Origin: Spirulina sp.
GTDB taxonomy: Bacteria > Cyanobacteriota > Cyanobacteriia > Phormidesmidales > Phormidesmidaceae
NCBI GenBank assembly: GCA_044070495.1
Contig: JBIPSI010000005.1
Span: 64,001 to 128,000 of the forward strand
Direction of reading: 5' to 3'
DNA: 64,000 nt
Shown: piece after piece, positions 9,895 to 20,095 of the stretch
Numbering within the stretch: the first letter of the stretch is position 1
Layout of the letters: each line of letters begins with the position of its first letter
Notes under the pieces: generated by a model
The model's database searches: none
What the model was told of the DNA's origin: nothing
Seen by the model: only the letters and a program-made list of their open reading frames with translations
Program-made: the position numbers and the translations under genes

Positions 9895-10186
9895 GTATTA
9901 GACGTTACAGACCACTAGCCCTAGTGTGCCTAAATCTGTCGTAAAACTAAGACTACGACATCAGCCGTAACATCTCTCCTCAAAAGAGAAAGCAACGTTC
10001 TCCGCTATCCGTCGCTGTCGCTGCCTTTTGGAATCCGGTTTCCCCCTTTTTATAGACGCTTGCGGCTTCCCGCAGGGTAGGAGGGCTAGGGGGGATAAAC
10101 CCCAGGAACCCAGAGGAATAGGGCCTTATATATGAGCGGTATATGTGAGCGGTAGCTTCCCAGCAGGATGGCCACGACTCTATCGA

Positions 10187-12205
10187 TTAACCTGGGGGAA
10201 TTTGGTCACCCGTAGAGGGGGCTGTGGGGTTGGCCCCTGGAAGGCTAGCAGGGCTAGGCGCGGGAGATTCGGAATCCATCGCGCCCTCAGGGTTGAGGGA
10301 ATCGTCAGGGCTGAGAGAACCGTTGGGGCTAGGGGATGCCTCAGGGCTGGCTGACCCATCGGGGTTAACCGTATCCTCAGCGGGGGCTGCTTCGCCGGGG
10401 GCTACGGGGCGTCCTACCGGGGCAATGGGCTGGTTCAGTTCTTTGTGAATGGCTTCGGTGATGCGGCGAATCAGTTCGCTGGCGCGGCCATCGTTGTTAG
10501 GACGCTGCACCATAATCGCCAGGGCATAGCGATTGCCGTTGGGGGTATCCACCAGGGCCACATCCCCCAAGGCCAGGGCGATATCCCCGGTTTTGTTGGC
10601 CACCAGGGAACCATCGGTGAGGCTAAAGGCAATCAGGCTGCGGTTAACGGTGCGCTGCATGATGCTGAACAACCGCTCCCGCGACCGACGGCTGAGCACA
10701 TCCCCCTGATCCACTAGGGCCATCAGCAGGGCCAAATCGCGGGGGCTGGTGGTGTTGGTGCCCTCCAAATCCGGCAGGATATTCCGCAACACGGTGGACT
10801 CTAGCCCCCAGGTGGCGAACTGCTGGTTGAGGGCCTCCTGGCCCCCCAGGGCTTCGATCATCATGTTGGTAGCGGTGTTGTCGCTGTGGATGATCATGCG
10901 GGTGGCCACATCCAGGGCGGTGTATTCGCTACCGATGGCATCGTTCGCCAGGGTGCCCGATCCGCCCGCAAGGTGCTGTTCCTGCAACACCACCGCCTGG
11001 TTCAGGGCGAGATTGCCCGCATCCACCTGCTGCAAAAAGGCCACCAAAATCGGCACCTTGATGGTGCTGGCCGCCGCCACCGCCTCGGTGCCGCTGAGAT
11101 CAACGTAGCGCCCCGAATCGACATCAAAGGCGTAGACCGCTGGGGTAAGGCCTGGCGTGAGGGTGGCGAGTTGATCCAACTGGGCCTTCAGGCGAGTGAG
11201 TTCGCTACTGGGCTGAATGTCGGCAATGGTGACCGCCCCTTGGCCAGGGAGGGGACTGGGGTTGCCTCGCCGAGGAGCCGTGGCTGTGGTCGTTTCGCCG
11301 CTACCGGAGGTCACATTACTGGGGCTTAATACCGACAGCAGCGTGCCTGCAATGGCCGCTACCCCAATTCCCAAAATGGCCAACCGCATCAGATAAAGGG
11401 CGGGCAGGGGCAGTTTAGCCAGCCGTCGCTGGGGAGAGAATCGCCGTGTCCGCTGGGTGGTGCCTTCCCGCTGAGGGGGGGCCGCGAGGGCCGCTAATCC
11501 GGCGGTGGTCGCCGCCGTGGCCGCCGCCGCCATACCCGCCGCCATGCCCACCGTTCGCCGCCGCGAATCCCTAGACCGCATAGGTGTCACCTTGGGAGAG
11601 GGTGGCTCTGGGGCCGGACTAGGCCGTCGGGGCATGGTCACAGCCCCCGATTCTCCACCCTGGGGTAGAGAGGTGCTGTGGGGGTGCATGCTGACCGAAC
11701 TGCCGGGGGCCGAGGGCCGAAACGTGGGGGCATGGGCATAAGCACCGGGGGCCGCAGCACCGAGGGCCGCAGCACTGGGAGCCACAGCATTAGGGGACTG
11801 CATCCCCGCCGGACGAGGCGACTGGGGCAGACGGGCAGCGCTTGTCCCCTGGACAAAGTTAGGACTGTGGGGGGCACCGTGGGTCGAACTGGGGCCACCC
11901 TTGAGGTTAAAACTGGGCAAGGCGGCGGTTCGATTCACCGCCGGGGTGGACGGTGGGGGAGTGGCCTGCGCTCCTGGGCTAGGGGATTCGGGTTCGGAGT
12001 CGGGACGGCCAAAATCGGGGGTCATGTACTTATACTGCCGCCACTGGTTGCGGCGACGCGCCGTGGACGACGACCGATTCCGCCAGTCCCCATCGGCTGC
12101 CCCTTGCCCTGCACCGTTAAAACCGCTAGAACCGTTGGTCAATCCCGATTCCCCCAGGGAATTAGGCCGGGACGAAGGATTGGAAAAGTCGTCGTGCTGT
12201 GCCAT
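10187..12205 (-). CDS. Class A beta-lactamase-like serine hydrolase (cyanobacterial PBP-A-like) with a long low-complexity N-terminus
   Basis: SxxK (STIK), SDN and KTG motifs after a TM helix; omega loop LRNILPDL lacks the E166 equivalent; Pro/Ser-rich ends. Confidence 0.85.
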   Translation of the reverse strand: MAQHDDFSNPSSRPNSLGESGLTNGSSGFNGAGQGAADGDWRNRSSSTARRRNQWRQYKYMTPDFGRPDSEPESPSPGAQATPPPSTPAVNRTAALPSFNLKGGPSSTHGAPHSPNFVQGTSAARLPQSPRPAGMQSPNAVAPSAAALGAAAPGAYAHAPTFRPSAPGSSVSMHPHSTSLPQGGESGAVTMPRRPSPAPEPPSPKVTPMRSRDSRRRTVGMAAGMAAAATAATTAGLAALAAPPQREGTTQRTRRFSPQRRLAKLPLPALYLMRLAILGIGVAAIAGTLLSVLSPSNVTSGSGETTTATAPRRGNPSPLPGQGAVTIADIQPSSELTRLKAQLDQLATLTPGLTPAVYAFDVDSGRYVDLSGTEAVAAASTIKVPILVAFLQQVDAGNLALNQAVVLQEQHLAGGSGTLANDAIGSEYTALDVATRMIIHSDNTATNMMIEALGGQEALNQQFATWGLESTVLRNILPDLEGTNTTSPRDLALLMALVDQGDVLSRRSRERLFSIMQRTVNRSLIAFSLTDGSLVANKTGDIALALGDVALVDTPNGNRYALAIMVQRPNNDGRASELIRRITEAIHKELNQPIAPVGRPVAPGEAAPAEDTVNPDGSASPEASPSPNGSLSPDDSLNPEGAMDSESPAPSPASLPGANPTAPSTGDQIPPG

Positions 12206-12214
12206 ATCGAAAGT

Positions 12215-13021
12215 CTAGGGGGAACGAGGAGCGCCGGTAATGGCCCAATTGACCTGCCGCAAAATGCCCCTAAGCATAGCCAATTCCTGGGAATTTGGCT
12301 CAGCCCGATGGAGCAGGTGCCGCAATTTGGCCATGCGACTGGCGGCAGTATGGGGGTAAAGATAACCGATCTTGAGCAAAATCGCTTCTAAGTCTTGGTG
12401 AAATCCCTCAATCTGATCCAGGCTAGCCGGTGGATCTAGTGGATCTAGATCTAAATGGAGAGCCTCAGGACTATCGGGTTCAGGCCGCACCAACCCCCAC
12501 GCTTCAGGCTGGCCCCCCGTGGCCTGACGGTGCAGCAGATAACTACACACCGCCACCGCCTGGGCCAAATTGAGGGAAGGATAGGCCTCGCTGGCGGGAA
12601 TACGAATCCAGCGCTGGGCATAGATCAGTTCTTCATTGCTCAGGCCCCGATCCTCCGGGCCAAAGATCAGCGCTGTGGTGATCGGCCTTTGGGGATCCGT
12701 AGACAGCAGCCAGGGCAGCACCGCCTCCGGGGTTTCTAGCCCTTGGCGCTGGGGATGGATTCGGCCTGTGGTTGCCACCGCCCGCTGACAACCCACCAAT
12801 GCCTCCGGCAGGGTAGCCACCACCTGGGCCGACTCCAGCACATCCCGCCCATGCACCGCCATGCGCCAAGCCGCCGTGCTAGTGGGGTCGCACTGGGGGT
12901 TCACCAACACCAGATGGTGCAGCCCCATGTTTTTCATAATCCGCGCCGCCGCCCCTACATTGATCGGCCCTGCTGGTTCCACCAGAACAATACGCAGATG
13001 TGCCAGTTGCTCTAGCCCCAT
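12215..13021 (-). CDS. trmJ: tRNA/rRNA methyltransferase, SPOUT TrmJ/LasT family
   Basis: IVLVEP..PINVGAAARIMKNMG, IFGPEDRGLSNEEL, YPSLNLAQAV. Confidence 0.85.
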   Translation of the reverse strand: MGLEQLAHLRIVLVEPAGPINVGAAARIMKNMGLHHLVLVNPQCDPTSTAAWRMAVHGRDVLESAQVVATLPEALVGCQRAVATTGRIHPQRQGLETPEAVLPWLLSTDPQRPITTALIFGPEDRGLSNEELIYAQRWIRIPASEAYPSLNLAQAVAVCSYLLHRQATGGQPEAWGLVRPEPDSPEALHLDLDPLDPPASLDQIEGFHQDLEAILLKIGYLYPHTAASRMAKLRHLLHRAEPNSQELAMLRGILRQVNWAITGAPRSP

Positions 13022-13079
13022 GCTGACCCCACAAACCCCTTAGAATGAACACCGTAGTGATCAATTGAGTACCCTAGCT

Positions 13080-13367
13080 ATGGCCCAGGTAACCTGGAAC
13101 GGCGTCGTTCTCGCCGAAAGTGACCAATGCGAAACGGTGGAAGGAAACCTATACTTTCCCCCCACCGCTCTTAATATGGACTATTTCCGTCCCATCTCCC
13201 AAACCACCGTCTGCGGCTGGAAGGGCACCGCGAACTACTACGACATTGTGGTAGATGGCCAAGTCAACGGCGGTGCCGCCTGGTACTATGCCGACCCCAA
13301 ACCCGCCGCCAACAACATCAAAGGCTACGTCGCCTTTTACCGTAACAAGGTCGCCATTGCCCCCTAG
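13080..13367 (+). CDS. DUF427 domain protein
   Basis: WNGVVLAES...VEGNLYFP...CGWKGTANYY...AAWYY.DPK. Confidence 0.9.
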   Translation: MAQVTWNGVVLAESDQCETVEGNLYFPPTALNMDYFRPISQTTVCGWKGTANYYDIVVDGQVNGGAAWYYADPKPAANNIKGYVAFYRNKVAIAP

Positions 13368-13475
13368 TAACGTGACCAGATAGGTGTTAAGGGTTACATA
13401 ACCCGCGTCCTCGCCACGGTCATTACCGCTCTAACAGAGACAAAGCCCTTAAATCAGCAGATCTCATAAAGAAGA

Positions 13476-13679
13476 CTAGTAGCTGTCTTCGGTGACGGTG
13501 TGGAGGGCCAGATCGTGGTTGGCCTGATTGAGGCGGTCAGCGATGGCCTTGCGCCACTTCAGGCTCACCTGATCATCGGCCAGCACCTCCTGGGCTTCTT
13601 CTCGGTAGGTCGCGCCTTGGACGGCATCCACTTCTTCAATGTGCTGGAGGTGGGCAAAAACTTCTTTGGGGGTCGTCAT
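13476..13679 (-). CDS. Small hypothetical protein (67 aa)
   Basis: Clean ORF filling the gap, helical protein-like composition. Confidence 0.7.
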   Translation of the reverse strand: MTTPKEVFAHLQHIEEVDAVQGATYREEAQEVLADDQVSLKWRKAIADRLNQANHDLALHTVTEDSY

Positions 13680-13902
13680 GGTTCAATCCTTTGGATAGGT
13701 GAGCCTGTGGATACGTTGGCCTTGAACGAACAGGTGGCCTTGAAGGAAATCGGGTCATTCCAGGCCAAGCTTGGCTGCGGTCGCCATGGTTTTATTGTGG
13801 GCCAGGGCTGCCCCCGTGGGGCATTCCCCTAGAGAACCTTTACGCCCTGAAACGGTTGTTAGCAGTTCGCAGCAGAACTTTGCAATGGAAGGGATTAAAT
13901 CT

Positions 13903-14697
13903 ATGGACATCTACCAAACCTTGCAGCACAGTCAACGGCAACGGGTCAGCGATGGCCAATGGACGCCTGTTCTCTCGGGGATCACCGGGGCAGACTATAC
14001 CCTAGTGATGGTCTTGCCCCAGTTGGGCGACTTCGACAGCCTGGAATATGCCTGGTTGGTGCGGCGGGGCTGGGATGTTCTGGTCGCCAAGGGGGTGACG
14101 GTGCGGGCGGTGGGTATTGGCCAGCGCGAGTCGGGCCAAGCCTTTTGCCAGTTCACAGGGTTTCCTGCCGATCAGCTTTGGGTGGATCCCACCGCCGACC
14201 TACACCGCCAGCTTGGCCTATACGAGGGTCTGTCGCTGACCATTCCGGGCCTTACCCCTGGGCAACGGGCCTGGGTAAACCTGATGCTGATGTGTGCGGG
14301 GATCGCCAGCCCAGGCACCTTGGCGGAGGTGTTTCGGGGCTACCGAGGGGATCGCAACGCCCCCCAACTGATCGGCGATGACGAGGAAATCCAGGCGTTC
14401 CCCTTGCCGCCCCTGCGGGGACGGTTCTTTCGCTGGGCGGGCGGCAGTGGGTTTCAGCGCCCCTTTGAACTCGCCACCCTACGCCTGCGCAACATGGCCG
14501 AGGTACTCGGCAAATGGAGCACCTATGTCCCCGATGCCACCTATCTCACCCAGCGGGGCGGCACCTTTTTGTTTGATGCTGATCACCGGCTGATTTACGA
14601 ACACCGAGATCGCGGCATTCTAGACTTTGCTGAGCACAAAAGCGACCCCCTCACCTTTCTCAGGGCCGTCGCTTCGTCAGACACAGCCTTAATCTAA
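13903..14697 (+). CDS. Peroxiredoxin-like (AhpC-TSA_2/PRXL2-type) protein
   Basis: PQLGDFDSLEYA, QRPFELATLRL.NM, LTQRGGTFLFD motifs; start uncertain (track gives 13771). Confidence 0.8.
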   Translation: MDIYQTLQHSQRQRVSDGQWTPVLSGITGADYTLVMVLPQLGDFDSLEYAWLVRRGWDVLVAKGVTVRAVGIGQRESGQAFCQFTGFPADQLWVDPTADLHRQLGLYEGLSLTIPGLTPGQRAWVNLMLMCAGIASPGTLAEVFRGYRGDRNAPQLIGDDEEIQAFPLPPLRGRFFRWAGGSGFQRPFELATLRLRNMAEVLGKWSTYVPDATYLTQRGGTFLFDADHRLIYEHRDRGILDFAEHKSDPLTFLRAVASSDTALI

Positions 14698-14805
14698 TGG
14701 CCCACCCCATCGTCTATGTGGCCCGAAATCCTCTTGGCCACCCGCAATTCCCCGGTGGTGCATTGCGGCTAATCACAGCGTCTTTGTGAGGATGCCGATA
14801 ACCAG

Positions 14806-15495
14806 TCAGCCGAATAAGTTGTACCTAAGAATGCAGTAAATGGCGCGAACCCCGTCTTTCCAGCCAATTTTTTTGCCCTCTTTATAGGTGCGACCATAGT
14901 AGGAAATGCCGACTTCATAGATACGGCAGTTTAGCTTGGCGATCTTGGCGGTAATTTCGGGCTCAAACCCAAACCGATTTTCTTGAATAGCAATAGACTG
15001 AATAACCTCCCGCCGAAAGGCTTTATAGCAGGTTTCCATGTCGGTGAGGTTGATATTGGTCAGCATATTGGAGAGTGTCGTAAGAAACTTATTGCCTACC
15101 ATATGCCAGTAGTAAACAACCCGATGGGGAGCTCCCCCCTGAAATCGTGAGCCAAACACCACATCTGCCTTACCGCTAATAATCGGGTCGATCATGTGCG
15201 GAAATTCCTGCGGATCATACTCAAGATCGGCATCTTGAACGATAACAATATCTCCCGTTGCCGCAGCGAAACCGCTCCTAAGGGCAGCTCCTTTACCTCG
15301 ATTTTCGGGATGATAAATCACCTGATCCACTTGCGAGGCAATAGTCTGCTTTAGCAGTTCACGGGTGCCATCGGTGGAGCCATCATCAACAATAATAATT
15401 TCACAATGCTTAACTGGGGATTTTCGCACGGCATCGACCACTTGCTGAATCGTACCCACTTCGTTAAAGCAGGGAATGACAACCGTTAGCTTCAT
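14806..15495 (-). CDS. Glycosyltransferase family 2 (DPM1-like polyprenol-phosphate glycosyltransferase)
   Basis: [40 protein letters not shown]. Confidence 0.92.
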   Translation of the reverse strand: MKLTVVIPCFNEVGTIQQVVDAVRKSPVKHCEIIIVDDGSTDGTRELLKQTIASQVDQVIYHPENRGKGAALRSGFAAATGDIVIVQDADLEYDPQEFPHMIDPIISGKADVVFGSRFQGGAPHRVVYYWHMVGNKFLTTLSNMLTNINLTDMETCYKAFRREVIQSIAIQENRFGFEPEITAKIAKLNCRIYEVGISYYGRTYKEGKKIGWKDGVRAIYCILRYNLFG

Positions 15496-15509
15496 AGTTA
15501 CCCTGTTTC

Positions 15510-16070
15510 TTAGTCTTTATTGACGGTGCAAAAGTTGTTCATGCCAAGCTGGAAGTAGCGATGATTAAAGTTGCTAAAGCCACCCTTTTCTACCAGGACA
15601 TGATAAAGTTTCTGGCGATCATAGTAACGTTTGTGATCGCGAATTTCTGCCTCGCTGACAATTTTGAGTCGATAGGCCAAGAACTCTAGCACCGGCTGCG
15701 CCCACACCGAGGGCACGGTGAGTACGAGCTTCCCCCCTGGCACTAAAACGCGATGAATCTCCTTCACCATAGCGGCTTCATGCTCAATGTGCTCCAGCAC
15801 CGCTAGCATGGTGACGACATCAAAGGTGCCATCGGCAAAAGGCAACTGGCCGCTAAAGTGAAGCTGCGATACGGTAAGGTTTCCTGATTCAAAGGGATCG
15901 GCCTTAAAGTCTACGCCAAATCCTTTTTGAAGGCGGGGGGAAATGTAGCACAAAAAAGCGGCCTTGGTACCGCACCCAATATCTAACAAGACGACATTGG
16001 TAGGGATATGTTTTAGGACTTTAGAAAGTCTGAGGCGTCTAAGAAGGGGTTCTAGGATAGGTTCTTTCAT
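15510..16070 (-). CDS. Class I SAM-dependent methyltransferase
   Basis: [34 protein letters not shown]. Confidence 0.9.
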   Translation of the reverse strand: MKEPILEPLLRRLRLSKVLKHIPTNVVLLDIGCGTKAAFLCYISPRLQKGFGVDFKADPFESGNLTVSQLHFSGQLPFADGTFDVVTMLAVLEHIEHEAAMVKEIHRVLVPGGKLVLTVPSVWAQPVLEFLAYRLKIVSEAEIRDHKRYYDRQKLYHVLVEKGGFSNFNHRYFQLGMNNFCTVNKD

Positions 16071-16092
16071 GGCGGTTGGGCAGATTGCAGTT

Positions 16093-16953
16093 TTAGCCTA
16101 GGGCATCCATGCCTCGGCGAGCATAGTGGATACGTAGCTTTAGCCCCAGGGTAATTTGCTTCATCAGCCAGTAGAACACAGTCAGAATAATGAAGGTCAC
16201 GACGATCACCGCCAGAGGCCGTTTGGAGGTGAGAATATTAAGGGTATCGGTGATCACGTCTAGGGGATCGGTGACTAAATCCCAACTGTTAAACCGAATG
16301 AAGCGGCCTAGGTAAATGCCAACGGCACAGAGAAGGTGGATGGTGAGTTCCATAGGGAGAATCCAGGCTTTTGCGCCCTGCTGCTTGAGGAAGTAGGCCA
16401 GATTCAGGATGGAAATCACGTAGGCTTCAAACCCCAACACAATGGCCGTGGCGTGGATGGGCACAAAAACGAGGGCAATTACCCACGTCGGAATCTCGCC
16501 AACGCGAGTGCCGCGAATCAGGTGGATGATATCCGTGAGCAGGTAGGGGGCGTTGGGCAAAAAGGTGATAAACACCACAACCCCCAGCCACCAAAGCCAG
16601 GGACGCCGAGCATGGTGAGGGCTTAGCCCCCATCGCCATAGACCCACCGCCACCAACCCAACCAGACCCAGCCAACTGAGCCGCAGGAGCGCACTAACAT
16701 CTCCAGTGACAGCATCTCCCAGGGTGCTGGCCCACGCAACTAAGATTTTTGGTGTTCTAGACCAGAGACCCACAACCCCGATAGCCACCACCAACGCACA
16801 GGCCATCTGAAACCAGGGCCGGGGAATAGCACGGGGACGAAACAGCCAAAAACTAAGCATCAATGGCACAAAGGCCAAAAAGAGGTTCCACAGAATCCAA
16901 CCGCTATAGACATTGTCGAAGGCGGTGGCGATGGCGGCGAGTCGTGATCCCAT
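16093..16953 (-). CDS. DUF1361 family membrane protein
   Basis: WNLFLAFVP, FLPNAPYLLTDIIHL, GIYLGRFIRFNSWD. Confidence 0.88.
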   Translation of the reverse strand: MGSRLAAIATAFDNVYSGWILWNLFLAFVPLMLSFWLFRPRAIPRPWFQMACALVVAIGVVGLWSRTPKILVAWASTLGDAVTGDVSALLRLSWLGLVGLVAVGLWRWGLSPHHARRPWLWWLGVVVFITFLPNAPYLLTDIIHLIRGTRVGEIPTWVIALVFVPIHATAIVLGFEAYVISILNLAYFLKQQGAKAWILPMELTIHLLCAVGIYLGRFIRFNSWDLVTDPLDVITDTLNILTSKRPLAVIVVTFIILTVFYWLMKQITLGLKLRIHYARRGMDALG

Positions 16954-17043
16954 TCGATTCCTTTCTCCCAGGCGCGTATCCCGATTGATAAGCGATAGTT
17001 GACCTTAGGTCGTTAGCCTCAGGCTTGGCAATACCACCCTAGT

Positions 17044-17823
17044 CTAGGCCGTACCCAGGCGAGGGCGGCGCAGACTCCACAGGCTACCTAATCCCAAAAT
17101 AACCATCCCCCCCAGGGCCGTCATCCACAGAGCGGGCTGATCCGAGTGGCGCTGGGCAATAGCCCCCAAGGCCCAGATAAACACTAGGGCGAAAGTGATA
17201 TCCCGCCGCTGCCACAGCACCACCGCCCCCAACAGAATCGCGACGCCCATCATCACCACCGTCCAAACCATGGGATTACCTCCCCAACCAGCGGCGTAGA
17301 GGGTGGCGGCGATGTTGACAATGGTGGCAACGGCAATCCAGCCCAGGTAGAGGCTAAAGGGAATATGGGCCATCCAGCGCCGCTGACGGGAGGTACGAAC
17401 TTGGCCAATGCCTAGCGTGATGTAGATGTCGATTAGAGATCCCAGGATCACCAGCATGGCCAGAATCGAGGCCGCGAAGGACTGCCAGGTAAACAGAAAG
17501 ATCCAGATCACTTGGGCCACGCAGGCTAGGATTAATCGCTGGTTCACCCGCTGAATCTGAGGGTCTGACCGTCGTTCTGAGTGAAATTGGTAGATTCCGT
17601 AGGCGATCAGCCCCAGATAAATCACGCCCCAAATAATGAAGGCGTAGTTGGCGGGGGTGATCAGCACTCCAGCTAGGACGGTGTTGGAAATTTCCCCCAC
17701 GTTTTGCCCCCCCGGTGGGTACAGATTGGAGAGGGTATTGACGGCCAGGGTGGCGATAATGGCGACGATAGTGCCGATGGCCAAGCCAAGGCCAGCTTTA
17801 GGATTGGACGGCGTGGCATTCAT
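17044..17823 (-). CDS. TspO/MBR-like tryptophan-rich membrane protein
   Basis: ITPANYAFIIWGVIY, PFSLYLGWIAVATIVN; multiple TM helices. Confidence 0.78.
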   Translation of the reverse strand: MNATPSNPKAGLGLAIGTIVAIIATLAVNTLSNLYPPGGQNVGEISNTVLAGVLITPANYAFIIWGVIYLGLIAYGIYQFHSERRSDPQIQRVNQRLILACVAQVIWIFLFTWQSFAASILAMLVILGSLIDIYITLGIGQVRTSRQRRWMAHIPFSLYLGWIAVATIVNIAATLYAAGWGGNPMVWTVVMMGVAILLGAVVLWQRRDITFALVFIWALGAIAQRHSDQPALWMTALGGMVILGLGSLWSLRRPRLGTA

Positions 17824-17829
17824 AGAATC

Positions 17830-18957
17830 CTAGGGTTTAAGGACAACCAGGTTATCGCGGTGGATCACAGTATCGGCCCCAACATAGCCCAAAATGGCTG
17901 GGATATCGTCGGAATGCCGCCCCATAATCCGCTTTAGGTCTTGGTCACCATAGTTGACGATACCCCGCGCAATTTCTTCCCCTCCCTGGGCACAGAGTTG
18001 CACGGCATCCTGGGGCTGAAACTCTCCGGCGACTTCAATAATACCCGCCGCCAACAATGACTTGCCCCGGCTCAAAATGGCCTTGGCTGCGCCCTCATCC
18101 ACGTACAGCCGTCCGGCGGGGGGCAAGCTGGCGGCAATCCAGCGCTTACGGCCCCGGCTGGGTTTGGGCTGGGGGGCCACCTGGGTACCTACCGATTCGC
18201 CGCGCAACACCCGCAAAATGTTGTCGGGCTGTTTGCCGTTGGTAATCACCGTCCGCACCCCGGCGGTGGTAGCGATGTGGGCGGCTTCAAGTTTCGTGAC
18301 CATGCCGCCTGTCCCCCAGGTGCTGCCCTGCCCTCCGGCCACCGCCTTGAGGGAACGCAGGGTGTCTAGATCCTGAATCAGAGGAATGGGCTGGGCGTCG
18401 GGGTTAGACCGGGGGTCGGCGGAGTAGAGCCGATCCACATCGGTCAGGATAAACAGCCAGTCGGCCCCAATCAGGCTGGCTACGAGGGCGGAGAGGGTAT
18501 CGTTATCGCCAAACTTCAGTTCCTCCACCGCCACCGTGTCGTTTTCGTTGACGATGGGAATCACCCCCAGAGAGAGCAACTGCCGAAAGGTGCGGTAGCT
18601 ATTGACGTAGCGGGCGCGCTGGGCCAGATCGCTGCGGGTAAGCAGCACCTGGGCAATGGGTTGATTCAGGGCCGAAAACAGGTCGTCGTAAATTCGCATC
18701 AGTCGTCCTTGCCCCACCGCCGCCACCGCCTGTTTCATGGCCAGGGTTTTGGGGCGCTCGGCCATGGCCAGCCGCCGACAGCCAATCCCCACCGCCCCCG
18801 AAGACACCAGCACCACCTGATGCCCCTGGCTCCGCAGGGTACAGAGAGTTTCCACCACACTGGCCAGGGTAGACAGGGCAAACTGCCCCAGCCCCGGCCC
18901 CGCCAAGCTGGATGTGCCAATTTTGACCACCAGGGTTTGCGCCGCACTCACCGCCAT
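17830..18957 (-). CDS. proB: Glutamate 5-kinase
   Basis: [41 protein letters not shown]-terminal PUA domain. Confidence 0.96.
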   Translation of the reverse strand: MAVSAAQTLVVKIGTSSLAGPGLGQFALSTLASVVETLCTLRSQGHQVVLVSSGAVGIGCRRLAMAERPKTLAMKQAVAAVGQGRLMRIYDDLFSALNQPIAQVLLTRSDLAQRARYVNSYRTFRQLLSLGVIPIVNENDTVAVEELKFGDNDTLSALVASLIGADWLFILTDVDRLYSADPRSNPDAQPIPLIQDLDTLRSLKAVAGGQGSTWGTGGMVTKLEAAHIATTAGVRTVITNGKQPDNILRVLRGESVGTQVAPQPKPSRGRKRWIAASLPPAGRLYVDEGAAKAILSRGKSLLAAGIIEVAGEFQPQDAVQLCAQGGEEIARGIVNYGDQDLKRIMGRHSDDIPAILGYVGADTVIHRDNLVVLKP

Positions 18958-19170
18958 AGCTTCCTTTTGCTCATGCTCCCTTTCGATAGTACGCCCTTAA
19001 CCTCTCTGTCTTGAGGCGATCTCTGGAGAACCATCACCGTTGTCGCCCACCGACCGATGATCTGGCAAACTTGGCCCAGCTTCGGCCAGGGGGGAATCTC
19101 TTAGCTGGACATTATCTGGCCATGGAATCCGGTGATGACCTCAGCCATTCGCCCTTCACCTTCGGCAAGG

Positions 19171-19217
19171 TTTAAAATAAAATCTGGGTGCCGATCAATC
19201 AATGACCGGCACCCAGA
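19171..19217 (-). terminator. Rho-independent terminator
   Basis: TCTGGGTGCCG (19183-19193) / CGGCACCCAGA (19207-19217), followed on the minus strand by TTTTATTTT. Confidence 0.8.
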
Positions 19218-19282
19218 AAGGAGTTTATTAAAGAACTTATTAAAGTTAAAGGTCTTTATTTGGCTTGACCTTTGTTTATCTT
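19171..19282 (-). ncRNA. Candidate small RNA (about 110 nt) or attenuated leader upstream of proB
   Basis: Minus-strand -10 CATAAT (19288-19293), 5' hairpin AAAGGTC/GACCTTT, single-stranded AAACUCCUUUC, then an 11-bp terminator with U-tract. Confidence 0.45.
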
Positions 19283-19486
19283 TCTAAATTATGGAGGTCA
19301 TTTTCAGTCGAAGGTGAATCCGTAATCTTTTCTTTATGTTTCCCAGCCTAACGTTTTCCCCGGCTTCGTTAGGCTTCTTGGTATTTCGTTGCAAAAGTAC
19401 GCAAAGCTAGTCCCTTAAGGACGTTCAGGGGTTGTGCCACCGAATCATCGCATGGCTTAGATACGGGCTAGTCCCTTGTCTAGGAG

Positions 19487-20020
19487 CTAGGGCGGGGGCA
19501 CAGCCCCCAGGGAAATGCCCAGTAGCTTGAGTAGGGCTATCTCTAGGGTGCGTAGGAGGGATAGGCGAGGACGGGCCTGATCAAGGGTTGGCATGGGATC
19601 CACCAAAATGGTGAAAAGGCCGAGGCGATTGCCCGCTAGCACATCGGTGAGTAGGCGATCACCCACCATAGCCACCTGTTCGGGGGGTAGGTCCATGGCC
19701 TCTAGAGCTTGCTTGAGCTTGCGGCGAGAGGGCTTTCCGGCACTGGTGAGGTAGGGCACGTCTAGGGGGGTGGCAATGCGCTTAATGCGGCTGCTGTTGA
19801 CGTTGTTGCTCACCAGCCAGACTTCGCCCACCGCCTTAATGCTGGCCATCCACACCGCTAGGTCTGGGTCGCTCTCGGCCTGCCGCAGGGGCACCAGGGT
19901 ATCGTCTACGTCTAGGATCAACCCCCTGAGGTTATGGTGGCGCATCAGATCGGGAGAGAGCGCAAACACACTTCCACCCAGCACCAAGTTGGGCTCTAAC
20001 AGGCTAGACCACACCATCAC
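19487..20020 (-). CDS. yqeG: YqeG family HAD IIIA phosphatase
   Basis: LDVDDTL, LVSNN, AGKPS, MVGDRLLTDVLAGNRLG. Confidence 0.88.
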   Translation of the reverse strand: MMVWSSLLEPNLVLGGSVFALSPDLMRHHNLRGLILDVDDTLVPLRQAESDPDLAVWMASIKAVGEVWLVSNNVNSSRIKRIATPLDVPYLTSAGKPSRRKLKQALEAMDLPPEQVAMVGDRLLTDVLAGNRLGLFTILVDPMPTLDQARPRLSLLRTLEIALLKLLGISLGAVPPP

Positions 20021-20045
20021 CCAAACCCACCATCATGACGACTAT

Positions 20046-20095
20046 ACCGAGTGCTTTGACCCTAATTATCACCGAGTGCTTTGACCCTAATTATC
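20046..20095. repeat. 25-bp perfect tandem duplication across the mltG stop codon
   Basis: ACCGAGTGCTTTGACCCTAATTATC twice. Confidence 0.95.

Noticed and set aside
10187..12205. Antibiotic-resistance beta-lactamase
   Set aside because: No E166 equivalent and it is membrane-anchored, which fits the cyanobacterial PBP-A-like family.
19171..19282. Yfr1 sRNA
   Set aside because: Has ACUCCUUUC rather than the conserved ACUCCUCACAC and is longer; kept only as an unnamed candidate.
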